A stretch of 63,896 nucleotides of DNA, filler included, from Folioceros fuciformis (taxonomy: Eukaryota): NCBI GenBank assembly GCA_049999805.1. It is 6 parts of 6 records of this genome, joined end to end, with 100 filler letters (N's around TTAATTAATTAA, not from the genome) between each part and the next. Parts side by side here need not be neighbours in the genome. Positions count along the whole stretch, not along the records: positions 1 to 23,689 come from JBNGIO010004075.1; 5 more parts are not named here. One strand, 5' to 3'. The position numbers and the translations under genes were made by a program. Under the pieces are notes generated by a model. That model made no database searches, was not told the DNA's origin, and was given only the letters and a program-made list of their open reading frames with translations. Shown here one piece after another: positions 12,040 through 22,500 of the stretch (position 1 is the stretch's first letter; each line of letters opens with the position of its first letter).

Positions 12040-12800
12040 TGTCCACGTTCCTTGCCAGCAGACGATTGGTGGCACATCCCCATGCCCTGAATGGACACGG
12101 AAGCCAATTACGGACGGCTTGCCTCGGTTTCCGCATGCTGACGTTCAGCAGTTTGAAAGTGATGACTGATGACGTGATTTGGCGCCATATTTTTCATGGC
12201 TAGCATTCACTTCTCGGGAATCCGATGTGCACTGGCGTTCGTTGAGTGGGTCTAGCACTGTTTGTCGTTTGTTTACACTGTCCAGTTCAGGGCATTTCAC
12301 CTGTCTTCCCCAACTGGCGGCGTTACCCTCTTCCCGAATCGTCCAGTTGGAAGTAGAACCAGAGGATGACAAGGTTTTGGATTTCACAGTGACCCAGTGT
12401 GAAGAATTGCAATGAGCATGACGAGAGTTACTGTGGTGGAATGATCCAGATGTCACGACATGGTACAATGGCTCCTGGAAAAGAGACTCTCTCTGATGAG
12501 CATCCAAGCTCGAGATTGAAGGTCCATTGTGGATTCGGTTCCATGAGAGAACTGGGACACAGCACTGAACCCATCAGGTTGACAGCGTCTCTCATCGAGC
12601 TGCTGCAGTCTCGCAGTCGGTTCTGGTGTGCGACTGTGCGTCCCCACGCAGCAACTAGGCTGGTTCATGTCTTGGTGTTTGAGAAACTCGCCAGGCATGT
12701 GAGGTCCTCCAACATACAAGGGCCTGCGGAATGCTGGTTTCGAAGGTCGAGCACTGGTGCACCTTGGTGGGCTCAGGGACCAAATTTCGAGGAGAGGTAA
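12040..12800 (+). pseudogene. Probable decayed F-box gene
   Basis: From 12052: LPADDWWHIPMP*MDTEANYGRLASVSAC*RSAV, an F-box pattern LPxDxxxxI...RLxxVxxxW with TGA at the R and W positions. Later ...GHFTCLPQL...VQLEVE...FTV resembles the F-box-associated NPLTxxWxxLP region. Confidence 0.45.
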
Positions 12801-13149
12801 GGATCTTGGACATTCTGTCAGATATTTGAACGTTGTCTGCTTGCTATTTCAGCGATGGTGCCACTCTGGTCTCGTCAAAGTCTGGTGAGATATCTTGTGG
12901 CTAATTAAATGTGCTTTAAACGTAGCAAGCGACATGGAATCTGAGTAGTGTCAGATTTGGATGGTTTCCAAGGTGGAGGGTCCTGTCATCTCTCGTTTTG
13001 TGTGCTGGCTTTAGCCCTAAAGGTGGGTTCAGCTTGCGGCTGTGGCACTGTAGTTGGAGCAGCTCCTTTGCTACTGCAACTCATTTCCGCTTGTGTGGCC
13101 TCGGCATACTGCAAAGCTACAGTTGCGTGTTTGTGATTACTGCTATTCA

Positions 13150-14784
13150 ATGGCCCCTCGTTTGTGCAATCTAGCTTGGGACTCAGATGTGGAAGTGGAT
13201 GAGCGGGACTGGGATCTGCTGGCCGACCCGCCTGACGATTACGAGTGTCTGCATTGCTCTGTGCAAGCTGAAGAGCCTCACTTTGTCCTCTCGGTTCTAC
13301 AGGGCCGGCTGTCTGAACCTCTGAGCGCGAGAAGCAGCTTGGATATGGAGGCGTCTCTTTGGAGCAGCCTTCCGCAGGAGCTTCTAGAGCGAGTCCTGGC
13401 GATGCTCCCTGCGGCCTCCCGATTCCGGCTGTGTGCCGTCTGCAAGAGCTGGCGATCTCTGTTCTCCTCTCCGCGGTTCAAGCAGCTCTGTGATGTTGTC
13501 GGTCCTGTAGCTCTGGCTCCAATATGCGCTCTGGAGTACAAACCAGGGAGACTCGACCGGGGATGCCTGCCGCGGCCTTCAGATGTTTCATACCTTTGTG
13601 CGTCACGCGGACTGCCGGTGCACAGGCTGGGCCTCTCTTTCCTTCCGGAAAGGTTCCAGCGGTTTTATCCTTCTGACTGTGTGGTACAGAGTGGCTTGCT
13701 CTGCATCTTCAAAGCTGAACCGGTCGTGATGAAGCCAGGAATGGTGGAGAAGTGGACAGTTCTGGACGAAGACGTGCAGTTCAGGGAGCCTGAGGGCGGG
13801 TTTGAGGCGGTCAGGATGAGCTTATGCGTTGCCAACCCTCTTACCAGGACTTGGAGAGAGTTGCCGCCACAGTATTGTACACATGAGGAGTACGAGTACT
13901 GGAGAACGGATTACGCAATGGACCTGAAAGTGGAGAAGAGTGGAAGGCATTTCAGAGTCTTTGTCATCGGTCCCCGACTGCAGCGGGGGAAGAAGCACTT
14001 GACAGTGAACTCTTTTTCTTCGAAAGTTGGTTCCTGGGAGGTGACATATCTGTTTGATAGATATGCAACCCCTGATGAGGACGATGCAGTGGAGTGGCCC
14101 CAGTATGTGGTCTGCAAGGGGCTGCTTTACACAGCACAGGCCCAGTCTGCTGACCTCCTCGTTCACAGGCTGGAAGATGGGAAGTTTCTCCGCAGCCAAA
14201 ACTGGGACAATGCAAGGTTCCTTCTTAGCTACCGCTGGGACAACGAGGAGTTCCTTGCGCAATGTCAGGCCCGACTGAACAATGTGTTCAAGCTTTTCGG
14301 ACACGGGAGCAGAGTCCTGTGCGTGGGGAAAGTCTTGGTAGTGACACGAAGACCCAAGCTTCCGGAACACATCAAGCTTCTCCGTGAATCGTTTTCCAGA
14401 GTGGAGTTGGACTACGGTGTGTGGGAACTGGACCAGAGTAGGCTGTTATGGCACAGAGTCTCCCTTCTTCCTGAACATCTGCAGCAACTGCTGTTGGAAC
14501 CTGCTCAAATCGACCTTCACAATGAGAAGAGAAGGGGCAGGATTGAGGGTGTTAAGGAGTATAGGTTGTACTTGGATGGGGCATTCTTGATCGCCGACAC
14601 CATCTGCCTCAGTTTTGCTGTCAGTGGCAGTGGTTCCTCTGATACTGGCCCTCTGTGGAAGCATTGGGTTGCCTACAACATTCTGGAGGACTCGTGGAAG
14701 CTGCTCTGTCATGGAATGATCGCTCATATGCGCAGCAACGCCTTTCACCTCTTTCAGACCAGTTTTACTGATGTTCCTGAATAG
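13150..14784 (+). CDS. F-box protein with kelch-like/F-box-associated C-terminus, intronless
   Basis: WSSLPQELLERVLAMLPAASRFRLCAVCKSWRSLFSSPRF (F-box), SGLLCI and CVANPLTRTWRELPP. First ATG at 13150. Confidence 0.92.
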   Translation: MAPRLCNLAWDSDVEVDERDWDLLADPPDDYECLHCSVQAEEPHFVLSVLQGRLSEPLSARSSLDMEASLWSSLPQELLERVLAMLPAASRFRLCAVCKSWRSLFSSPRFKQLCDVVGPVALAPICALEYKPGRLDRGCLPRPSDVSYLCASRGLPVHRLGLSFLPERFQRFYPSDCVVQSGLLCIFKAEPVVMKPGMVEKWTVLDEDVQFREPEGGFEAVRMSLCVANPLTRTWRELPPQYCTHEEYEYWRTDYAMDLKVEKSGRHFRVFVIGPRLQRGKKHLTVNSFSSKVGSWEVTYLFDRYATPDEDDAVEWPQYVVCKGLLYTAQAQSADLLVHRLEDGKFLRSQNWDNARFLLSYRWDNEEFLAQCQARLNNVFKLFGHGSRVLCVGKVLVVTRRPKLPEHIKLLRESFSRVELDYGVWELDQSRLLWHRVSLLPEHLQQLLLEPAQIDLHNEKRRGRIEGVKEYRLYLDGAFLIADTICLSFAVSGSGSSDTGPLWKHWVAYNILEDSWKLLCHGMIAHMRSNAFHLFQTSFTDVPE

Positions 14785-15213
14785 CAGAGGACGCGGTCGG
14801 AGAGTTCCCTTCACTTAGGAATGTTGTAAGTTTACTGAGGGCCCACTACACATCTCCCACAGTGACCTGCCGATGGAGGGGCCGCGTAAAATCTCCTCTT
14901 TGCAGTCCGCATGCGTTTTTCAGGTCTCCACGCAATAGATGTTCTGTACCGTAGTACTCTGTGAAAGGAGTTGTGTTACAAAGTCCTGTAATTTTACTTT
15001 GGATATTATTTCTCAGTCGTACTGCAAATGTGGATACCCAAGGATGTGGGTATTATCCGTACATGATGAACACATAAAACGTGACCAACATTCATTTAAA
15101 ACAAATTTGTGAAATATAATATTTATATGTTTTATTAATTTGTTGAAAAAGGACGGAGATCCTCAATAAATGAGAAGTACCAATACCCTAAACTCTATGA
15201 CTATCACTTCGTA

Positions 15214-15263
15214 TGTCTTGGTTTGTCTTGGTTTGTCTTGGTTTGTCTTGGTTTGTCTTGGTG
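15214..15263. repeat. (TGTCTTGGTT)x5 minisatellite
   Basis: Directly visible 10-bp unit. Confidence 0.95.
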
Positions 15264-15917
15264 TGAAATGACAAAAGGGCTGCCTACCACTAGTGACCTA
15301 CAATATATTATTGACAAGTTGTCGGGGTGTGAAATGACAAAAGGGCTACCTATCCCTAGGATTGATGCCAATTTTCTTAGGGGAGGATGCTAGTTTTCTT
15401 CTCAGACAATACGATCATGACAATCTTTGGAATCAAAATTTGGTACTGCAATTAAACGAAGATAAGACAGAACACAGACGAAGATAAGGAGAGAGAGAGA
15501 GAGGAAAGGGAAAAGAAATAGTGAGATGGAGGCTCGAGGTCGGTGCTAATGGACTCGAACATGCGTTCGACCCAGAAAGGACAAAGGTCTGGAATTTTTT
15601 GGATTTCCCCGCAGGCTCGTAGTTATCCTTGGTGTCCAAGGTGTGGAGTTTCGTGTGTCGAGAGGGAGGGGGTGTTGCAAGGTGGGAAGAGGTAGAAAGA
15701 GGGGCGTGGGCATGGCAAGGGGTGTGAGACCGGGCCTTGAACCCATATCCAAGTTTTTTGTCTAGTCAGGGAAATGGGGGAGCTCAAAGGCAAAAGTTTC
15801 AATCTACTTTCAATGCCTCGCACCGGAGATAAGGGAGGGTGAATGAAGGAGGAATGGCAAAGAGGGACAATAGATTCAAAGTGTTTAGTGTCATACAGGA
15901 CTTAACGAGGATTTCCG

Positions 15918-16240
15918 CCTAGTGTCAGTCTACTAGCGCACTTGCACTTCAAAACTTCATTTTCAATCAAGAAAACTTCTTAAACATCCCTTCTTAACTG
16001 CAGGAGTGCGCTGATCTACCGACACACTTGCTCTTGAAAACTTCATTTTCAATGAAAAAAACTGTCTTAAACATACTCACTTAACTGCAAGAAAGCACCG
16101 GTCTACCGACGCACTCACACTTAAAAAAATTCTTTTTCAATCAAGAAAACCTTTTTAAACATACTCACATAATAGCAAGAGAGCGTCGATCTTCCGGCGC
16201 ACCCACACTTTAGGAGTGCGCCGATAGACCAGCGCATTTG
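15918..16240. repeat. ~87-bp tandem repeat with a GC-rich palindromic core (4 direct cores plus 1 inverted)
   Basis: Cores centred near 15930, 16016, 16103 and 16191, with an inverted copy at ~16225. Consensus GAGTGCGCCGGTCTACCGGCGCACTC, separated by related AT-rich spacers. Confidence 0.8.
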
Positions 16241-16547
16241 GATTGCTGGTTTTTCTATTTTTGCATTAAGGAGTTGAAGCACTAGGTAGTCTAGATAAAT
16301 AAAAATAGGTGATAAATAATCAGTGTAGACATGTCCACACACGTAACGTTTTCAAAAAATGGTAAAAAGTGGATCCAAAGCTAGGATCGTACCAACAATA
16401 GAATGAGCAAAACGGGCTTTGTGGAATCTGACCGTTTTGACCAAACCTTGTTCCTAGGTCGAAAAGAAGAAGGAAAGTGAATGGAAGTACCAAGAAAGGT
16501 AAGTGAAGGGGAGGAAACAATAGAAGGCCAAATGCATCTAGAAGCAC

Positions 16548-17192
16548 CTCATACCCGTGGATACGCTGGGGGAAGTACGCTGCACACAGCTTGTCTCCTT
16601 CAATGGCTACACAGTTGCGCGCCGACAACAATGCTACTAGCAATGTAGTCTCGCTGCCTAAACAAGCATCAACAATCCACTCTCCCTCTTTACTGAAGCT
16701 ACGAACCAACCTGTCCATCAGCTCTATTGGTCGCTAATATGGGCATACAACCCTTTTGTCATGGGAGAGGTAAACATGTTTCTTCACCACTATATCATGT
16801 GCAATGATGGACCTCCCATTGTTGAAGATTCGTTGTGGTTGCCCTGGCATCATTGATGTTCGAACTTTGCTGCTTCCCTCCTTCACACCCCATCCAACAG
16901 TGATATATTCGACCGTTTCAAACTCTCCACGGTCATTCGACATGTTCGTCTTATCCCACACAAAAGAAACGAGCCTTGCTCTCTAAGACATCTTTTGCAT
17001 GACATCCCTAACAATGTGAGCGTCCTCCACACCATGCATAACCACTAGACGGAAATCCTCATTTGTGGTCTTCTCTGCAAAACTAGCGAGCACAGTTTGC
17101 AACACTCCAACAACAAGACGCCCACCCATTGCCCCTATCTCAAACCCCTGAGGGACATCCATCACCAAGGTAGGCCTGGGTGGAGCAAGAAC
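16548..17192 (-). pseudogene. Beta-class DNA N6-adenine/N4-cytosine methyltransferase (N6_N4_Mtase) domain with two in-frame stops
   Basis: ORFs 16983-17168, 16734-16961 and 16320-16718 share one frame. It reads LVMDVPQG (motif IV, DPPYG-like) ... FVWDKTN ... ETVEYITVG ... VCPY*RPIELMDRLVRSFSKEGEWIVDACLGSETTLLVALLSARNCVAIEGD, matching HPTQKP..LxxRLI...GDxVLDPFxGSGTT..A...R...GxE. Splice acceptor TTACAG just before 17192. Confidence 0.85.
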
Positions 17193-17719
17193 CTGTAATG
17201 GTCCTCAATAACAGACGACCGGAAGGAGAGGGAAAGACCCCCCGGCGGACCCCACCCATGCCTCAACAGGAGAATTCGGGTGGCAGGTGAGAGTGAGGTA
17301 GAGGTTTTATGGGAGGATCTGCCTAACCAGCAAAGAGGGAGGAGAACCCGGGGATTTGGCGGCCGAGGAAGGAGAACGCGAAGGTCAGATAGGAGGCAGG
17401 CGCGGTGATAGGATAGGCTAGAATTCATTGCATCTTAAAATAATATTTAGTTAAGATCTGGTGAAGATGCTTTCTTGGACCTGATGTTGCTTGCAATTAA
17501 GAGCGCTAGACTGCTTAAGACTAGACTTAATGGCGGCTACGATTCCGCCCTGGATGTGTTGTACAAAGAGGTCTATTGGGTCTCGCGAATTAGAAAATGT
17601 TGGAGATAGCTTTTCCCAATAGAGATTCCCGCTCTGTCCATGGCTATATTGGAGATGTCTGTAAGGGTAGTGTGTACGTGATTCTCTTAAGGGTGGTCGA
17701 GAGCTTTTGCTCTGCAGCT

Positions 17720-17975
17720 GGTGGTGCGGGGGATAAATCAGCAAGTTCCCTGCTCAGTAGAAGGTCACCTTCTTTTATTCCCTGGAACGCTATTTGTGTT
17801 CTACGGTGAGTGGTGAGGGGGACAAATCAGCCGCCACGATGAGTGGAAGGAGAACTTCTCTTTCCCTTATCTCTTGAACGGCTCACTGTGGTCCATAGCA
17901 AAGGTGAAGGGAACGAATCCACCAGTTGCGCGGAGTGGAAGGGGAGCTTCTCCTTCCCTTATTCCCTGAACCATT
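17720..17975. repeat. ~91-92-bp degenerate tandem repeat x3 upstream of the methyltransferase
   Basis: Minus-strand units begin GTTCAGGGAATAAGGGAAGGAGAAG, GTTCAAGAGATAAGGGAAAGAGAAG and GTTCCAGGGAATAAAAGAAGGTGAC at ~17971, 17879 and 17788. Confidence 0.7.
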
Positions 17976-18567
17976 GGCTGTGTTTTGAATTTGGTGTTGA
18001 AGAGAGTCCGTGAGAAGACGAGGTGTGGAAGTGAGTGTGTGAGAAGAAGGAGATTGAAGGAGTCAGTGAAGAGAAGAGTTGAGTGAGATACGGACTGGAA
18101 GAAAGAAGACCTATCTGCCACTAACAGAAGAGGCTCGTGGAGTGACTGCTGGAGAACTGAAGAGAATTGCTAAGAATTTGCTGACTGGATGTGAACGACT
18201 GTTGAGGCTAGGGTGTGCTTTCTAGAGAATTTCTGAGGAATTCCTGGATGTTATGGGGGACTGTTGAAGCTTGTAAGGTGTTGTGAAAGATTGTTGGGGA
18301 ATCGCTGGAGATTTGTGGACGTTGCTGGGAGATTGAAGACACTTGGAGACAGACCTGTGAGGAATAAGTGTACACTAGAGTTCGGGTGTGTTTTGCATGT
18401 GGAGAGTGATGCATGGGTGTGTGAGGAAGTTCGGCTGATCCGCGGGGTCTTGTTCCCCAAGGATTAGCATTTGCATGTGTGAGGAGCATCCAATAAGACC
18501 ATATCTATAAGTCTGGAAGCTCCTAGGGCAGAAACCAATGACAACACATGCGCCGGAGAAATACTAG

Positions 18568-18590
18568 TTAGGGTTTTGGGTGGGTCCCAC
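18568..18590 (-). promoter_or_regulatory. Telo-box (AAACCCTAA) next to a TCP/site-II-like GTGGGTCCCAC motif
   Basis: TTAGGGTTTTGGGTGGGTCCCAC on the + strand. This pairing is typical of plant promoters and lies upstream of the minus-strand methyltransferase. Confidence 0.35.
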
Positions 18591-19598
18591 CACGATCGGG
18601 GGAACAGCTACTGGTCACGGGTTCCCTCGGTCGTAAAGTAGGGACCAGAGTCGTAGCGTAAGGTCAACGATAGATGGGCTACCTAGGGGTAGTGGTAGGG
18701 AGCTAATAGATAGTAGGGATGGTAGTGGATGAATTCTGACCTAGGTGAGAGATAGTAGTAGTAGAAGCTAAGAAAAATAAGGAATGCTAGAAACGTGTCA
18801 AGGCAGCTTGACATCGTGTGTGCAATAGCCAACAAGCAATAAGAAATAACAAAATAATGAATGGGATAAACGTCAATGAACATAGAGTTGTTTATATAGT
18901 TTAAACCTAATACGCCTAGGTTAACATTAATATACTTAATGTATATTTTTCATACTCCCACATAACCTAGGCAGTATTTAAGAACTGAATAAAACGTGCA
19001 TCGCGTGAAACAATGAGCATTATGCTTTTGAAAATGGAACTGGAAGCTCAAACAACAGGGTCTTCCACTCGCAAAGAGCAGTGCCAACACCATGTCTCAA
19101 CTACTTGCCGTCGTCGCGCTCGTAATAGCTGTGTTCTGTATCATCATCCAGTGGCAAGAGTCGATGACGACGAGAAGCGGAGCATGCTACCAGTCTGTAG
19201 AAGGTGAGGAGCCGAGCGCCAGACAAGGAGGCAGAAGGAAGAAGTCACGCAGAGCGGCGCAAGCCCATGGAATGGAAACCTTTCAACCTGCAGCACTATT
19301 TGAGGAGCTGCGGCTGGGAAGTGGAGCTGGCGACAAGTGTTACTGTGAGGAAGACCTTAAAGACGAATAGGCACAACTTGCCAATTGTGAAGGAAGAGAT
19401 GGTTGACCTAGAAGACATTCCTGCAGTGGACCCTCTCAGGGGCGTGAGAGTGCAATGGCGTGAAGCGGTCAACACTCCGCTACCCACCGAAGATGGGGAA
19501 GAGGAAAAGGTTCCTGCTGAAGTTGTAAAGCTGTCTCAAGAGATGTTCAAGCTTTCACAGAGAGACAAAGGGAAAAGGATGCAAGGTTAGGTAAGGAC

Positions 19599-22500
19599 TG
19601 TTGGCTTCATCCATGCTCCTTTTCCTGTGTGCCAAAAGCAGGAGGGTAATGACTGACCTATAGATTGTGTTTGTGTGTATCATAGGACACAAGTAGATAG
19701 GAAGTGTAGGAAAGTCTATCAACTGAGGCTACAATCTGTAAAACCTAAATTATAAGGGGGTTTTTAAGATCAGAGGACATAGGCCCTCACCCTCCCACAC
19801 ACTCCAGGTCAGTTGTTACCTTCCAAGTAGGTGGCTGAAGTCTTTAAGTCCAAGCGATTCCATGTGCAATCTGTGCTTCAGCTTAGGCAGCGCTTTTGTC
19901 AAGATATCGGCTGTGTTCTCAGCAGTGGGAACATATGCCAATTGGATAACTCCTCTTGCAACTGTGTCTCTGATATAGTGGTGCTTGATCTCGAAGTGTT
20001 TCGTCCTTGCATGAAATCTTGGATTGGCGACCAAGGCAATTGCAGAAATGTTGTCACAGCGGAGGATTGTGGGTTCCAGTTGCTCAACATGAAGATCCTT
20101 AAGATAAGCACGCTCCCACTCAGCCTCCTTTGCAGAATCAGTAAGAGAGATGTATTCTGCTTCAATGGAAGACAACGCAATTGACTTCTGTTTCTTGTAG
20201 GACCAGTTCACTGTAGCACCAGCTAATAGGAAGCAGTATGTGGAAAGACTCTTCCTAGAGTCAGAGTCTGAAGCCCAATCAGCGTCCGTGTATGCAGATA
20301 ATTGAAGACCTGAAGGTGACCCAACTTGATAGAAGAGTCCAATTGTCATGGTACCCTTGAGATAGCGGTAAATCCGCTTCACAGCTGCCCAATGCACACG
20401 TCCAGGCTTCTCCATGAACTGAGATACAGCACTAACTGCGTATGAGATGTCTAGCCTGGTCCAATTAGAAATGAAGATTAGGTAGCTTACTACATGCCTG
20501 TAAGGTACGTTCTCCATATCAGCAATCTCATCAGCAGATGTGGCACATTGGTCCACAGTTAACTTGACTCCCACAGAGCCTAGTGTCGAAACTAGACGTG
20601 CTTGATCAAGTTGAAACCTCTTCAGAATCTCAGCCAAGTATTTCTTTTGATGAATCACGATCAGACCTGCGTCTCTGTGACGTAGAACCTGAACACCTAG
20701 GCAGAATTTTAACTCTCCCACATCCTTCATCTCAAACTCAGTGCTAAGGAGATTTTTAACGGTGGCTAAGATGGATGTGTCTGTGCAGGCAAAGATACAA
20801 TCATCTACATAAATGGCTAAGATGCAAAAGGATGAACCATCTACAAGGTAGTATACAGAAGAGTCTGCAGCACTTTGAACAAAACCGAGCTTCTTGAGAT
20901 GAGTATCCAACCTTTTGTTCCAAAGCATGGCGCTTTGCTTTAAGCCATAGAGGGCCTTAAGGAGGTTAAGTACCTTGTTGGGCCATTGCTTGTGAAGATA
21001 ACCTTGTGGCTGCTCCATGTATATCTCCTCTTCAATTTCACCATGTAAAAATGCTGTACAAACGTCCATTCGGTGCAGTTCTAAGTTGAGCTCAGCAGCA
21101 AGAGCAAGGATAATTCTAATACTCTGAGCTCTGACTATAGGAGAAAAAGTGTCCTGGTAGTCAAGGCCAGCAACTTGACTGAATCCACGAGCACAAAGTC
21201 AAGCCTTGTAGCGGGCGATTTCACCATCAGCATTCAACTTTGTTTTAAAAACCCATTTGCAGCTAACTGGTTTCCTCCCTTCTGGCAAGTCTGTAAGTAT
21301 CCAAGTATTGTTCTTAATGATGGATTGATATTCCTCCTCTATTGCAGCTTGCCAGTGACGAGCATCAGGTCCAAAATAAGCTTCATCCATAGAGGCAGGG
21401 TCAAGATGGAGAGAAGCACTTCCAGGGACTGCTGTATGAGCTGAGGGTTTATGCCGAAAATCAAAAGACTCATAAGGTGGCTCCTGCCAGTGATCCCGAG
21501 GAATTCGGGCTCGGTAAAGTATAACGAGGAAGAGGCGCAGCCTCGATAGGTAGTAAGGCCTCCTCCTCAGAATCTACAGTAGTAACTTGGGATTCTTGAA
21601 GCGCAGGTAGGTCAGGTTGCAAGTCATTCTCTAATGGTGGGATTGGATGTGGAATTGCATCAACAGGCTCATCAATAAGATCAGGAGGGTGATCAACAGG
21701 GTCAGGAGGGTCTGGTGGATCTAGAAGTTGCACATAAGGTAGCTGATCGGGTGCAGGATCAGCAGCGTCGGGAAAGGTGGTCGGAGGAGTGGCAAATACG
21801 TCTGTTGTGGATGATTCGTCATCTGATATATCAGAAATAGAGGAAGGGTGAATGCCTACGTCTGGGGAAACTAAGGTCAACAGCTCCTTAAAGACAACAC
21901 TCCTAGCAAGAACAGGGGTAAGAGATGCAGGGTCAATCAGTTTGTATGCCTTGGCTTCATCCCCATAACCTACAAAAATCAAAGCTCGTAATCTATGATC
22001 AAGTTTCTGACGCTTCTCAGGTGGGATGTAGGCGTATGCAGGAGAACCAAATACCTTGAAGTGCATGATACTGGGCTTACGTCCCCAAAACATCTCAAAA
22101 GGCGTTTTACCTAGAAGGGAAGTTGTGAGAAGGCGGTTGAGGATGTAAGTGGCTGTGGTGAGGGCCTCTGCCCAGTACTCTACTGGAAGTGAAGCCCAAC
22201 TAAGCATGCTACGGGTCATGCCCATAAGGGTTTGATTCTTTCTTTCAGCAACCCCATTCTGTTGGGAGTGTATGCAACTGTCAGTTGTCGTAAGACACCA
22301 TGATCTTGGAGAAAGGCATCAAAGGTATTGTTGCAGAACTCTGTTCCATTGTCAGTACGTAAGCATTTAAGAAAACAGCCAGATTGTCTTTGAGCCATGA
22401 AGAACCACTCTTTAAAACAGGGAAAGGTCTCATTTTACGAGACATAGTATACGTCCATGTAAAACGACTAAAATCATCTGTTATTGTAAGGTAGTATAAA

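Noticed and set aside
15918-16240. CRISPR-like look of palindromic repeats with regular spacing
   Set aside because: Spacers are homologous to each other, there are no cas genes, and the context is eukaryotic. It is a tandem repeat.
15288-18727. CACTA...TAGTG termini for a CACTA element
   Set aside because: Sequence beyond the pentamers does not form TIRs and no 3-bp TSD was found.
15074-18998. Direct repeat ATAAAACGTG (15074, 18989) and short inverted AACTCTATG (15191, 18881) as TSD/TIR of the MTase block
   Set aside because: Short, AT-rich and not accompanied by matching terminal inverted repeats. They could be chance matches.
19013-19590. Short ORFs, one with a hydrophobic N-terminus and one ending DKGK, next to the copia LTR
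   Set aside because: No recognisable domain. Possibly a TE relic but not supportable.
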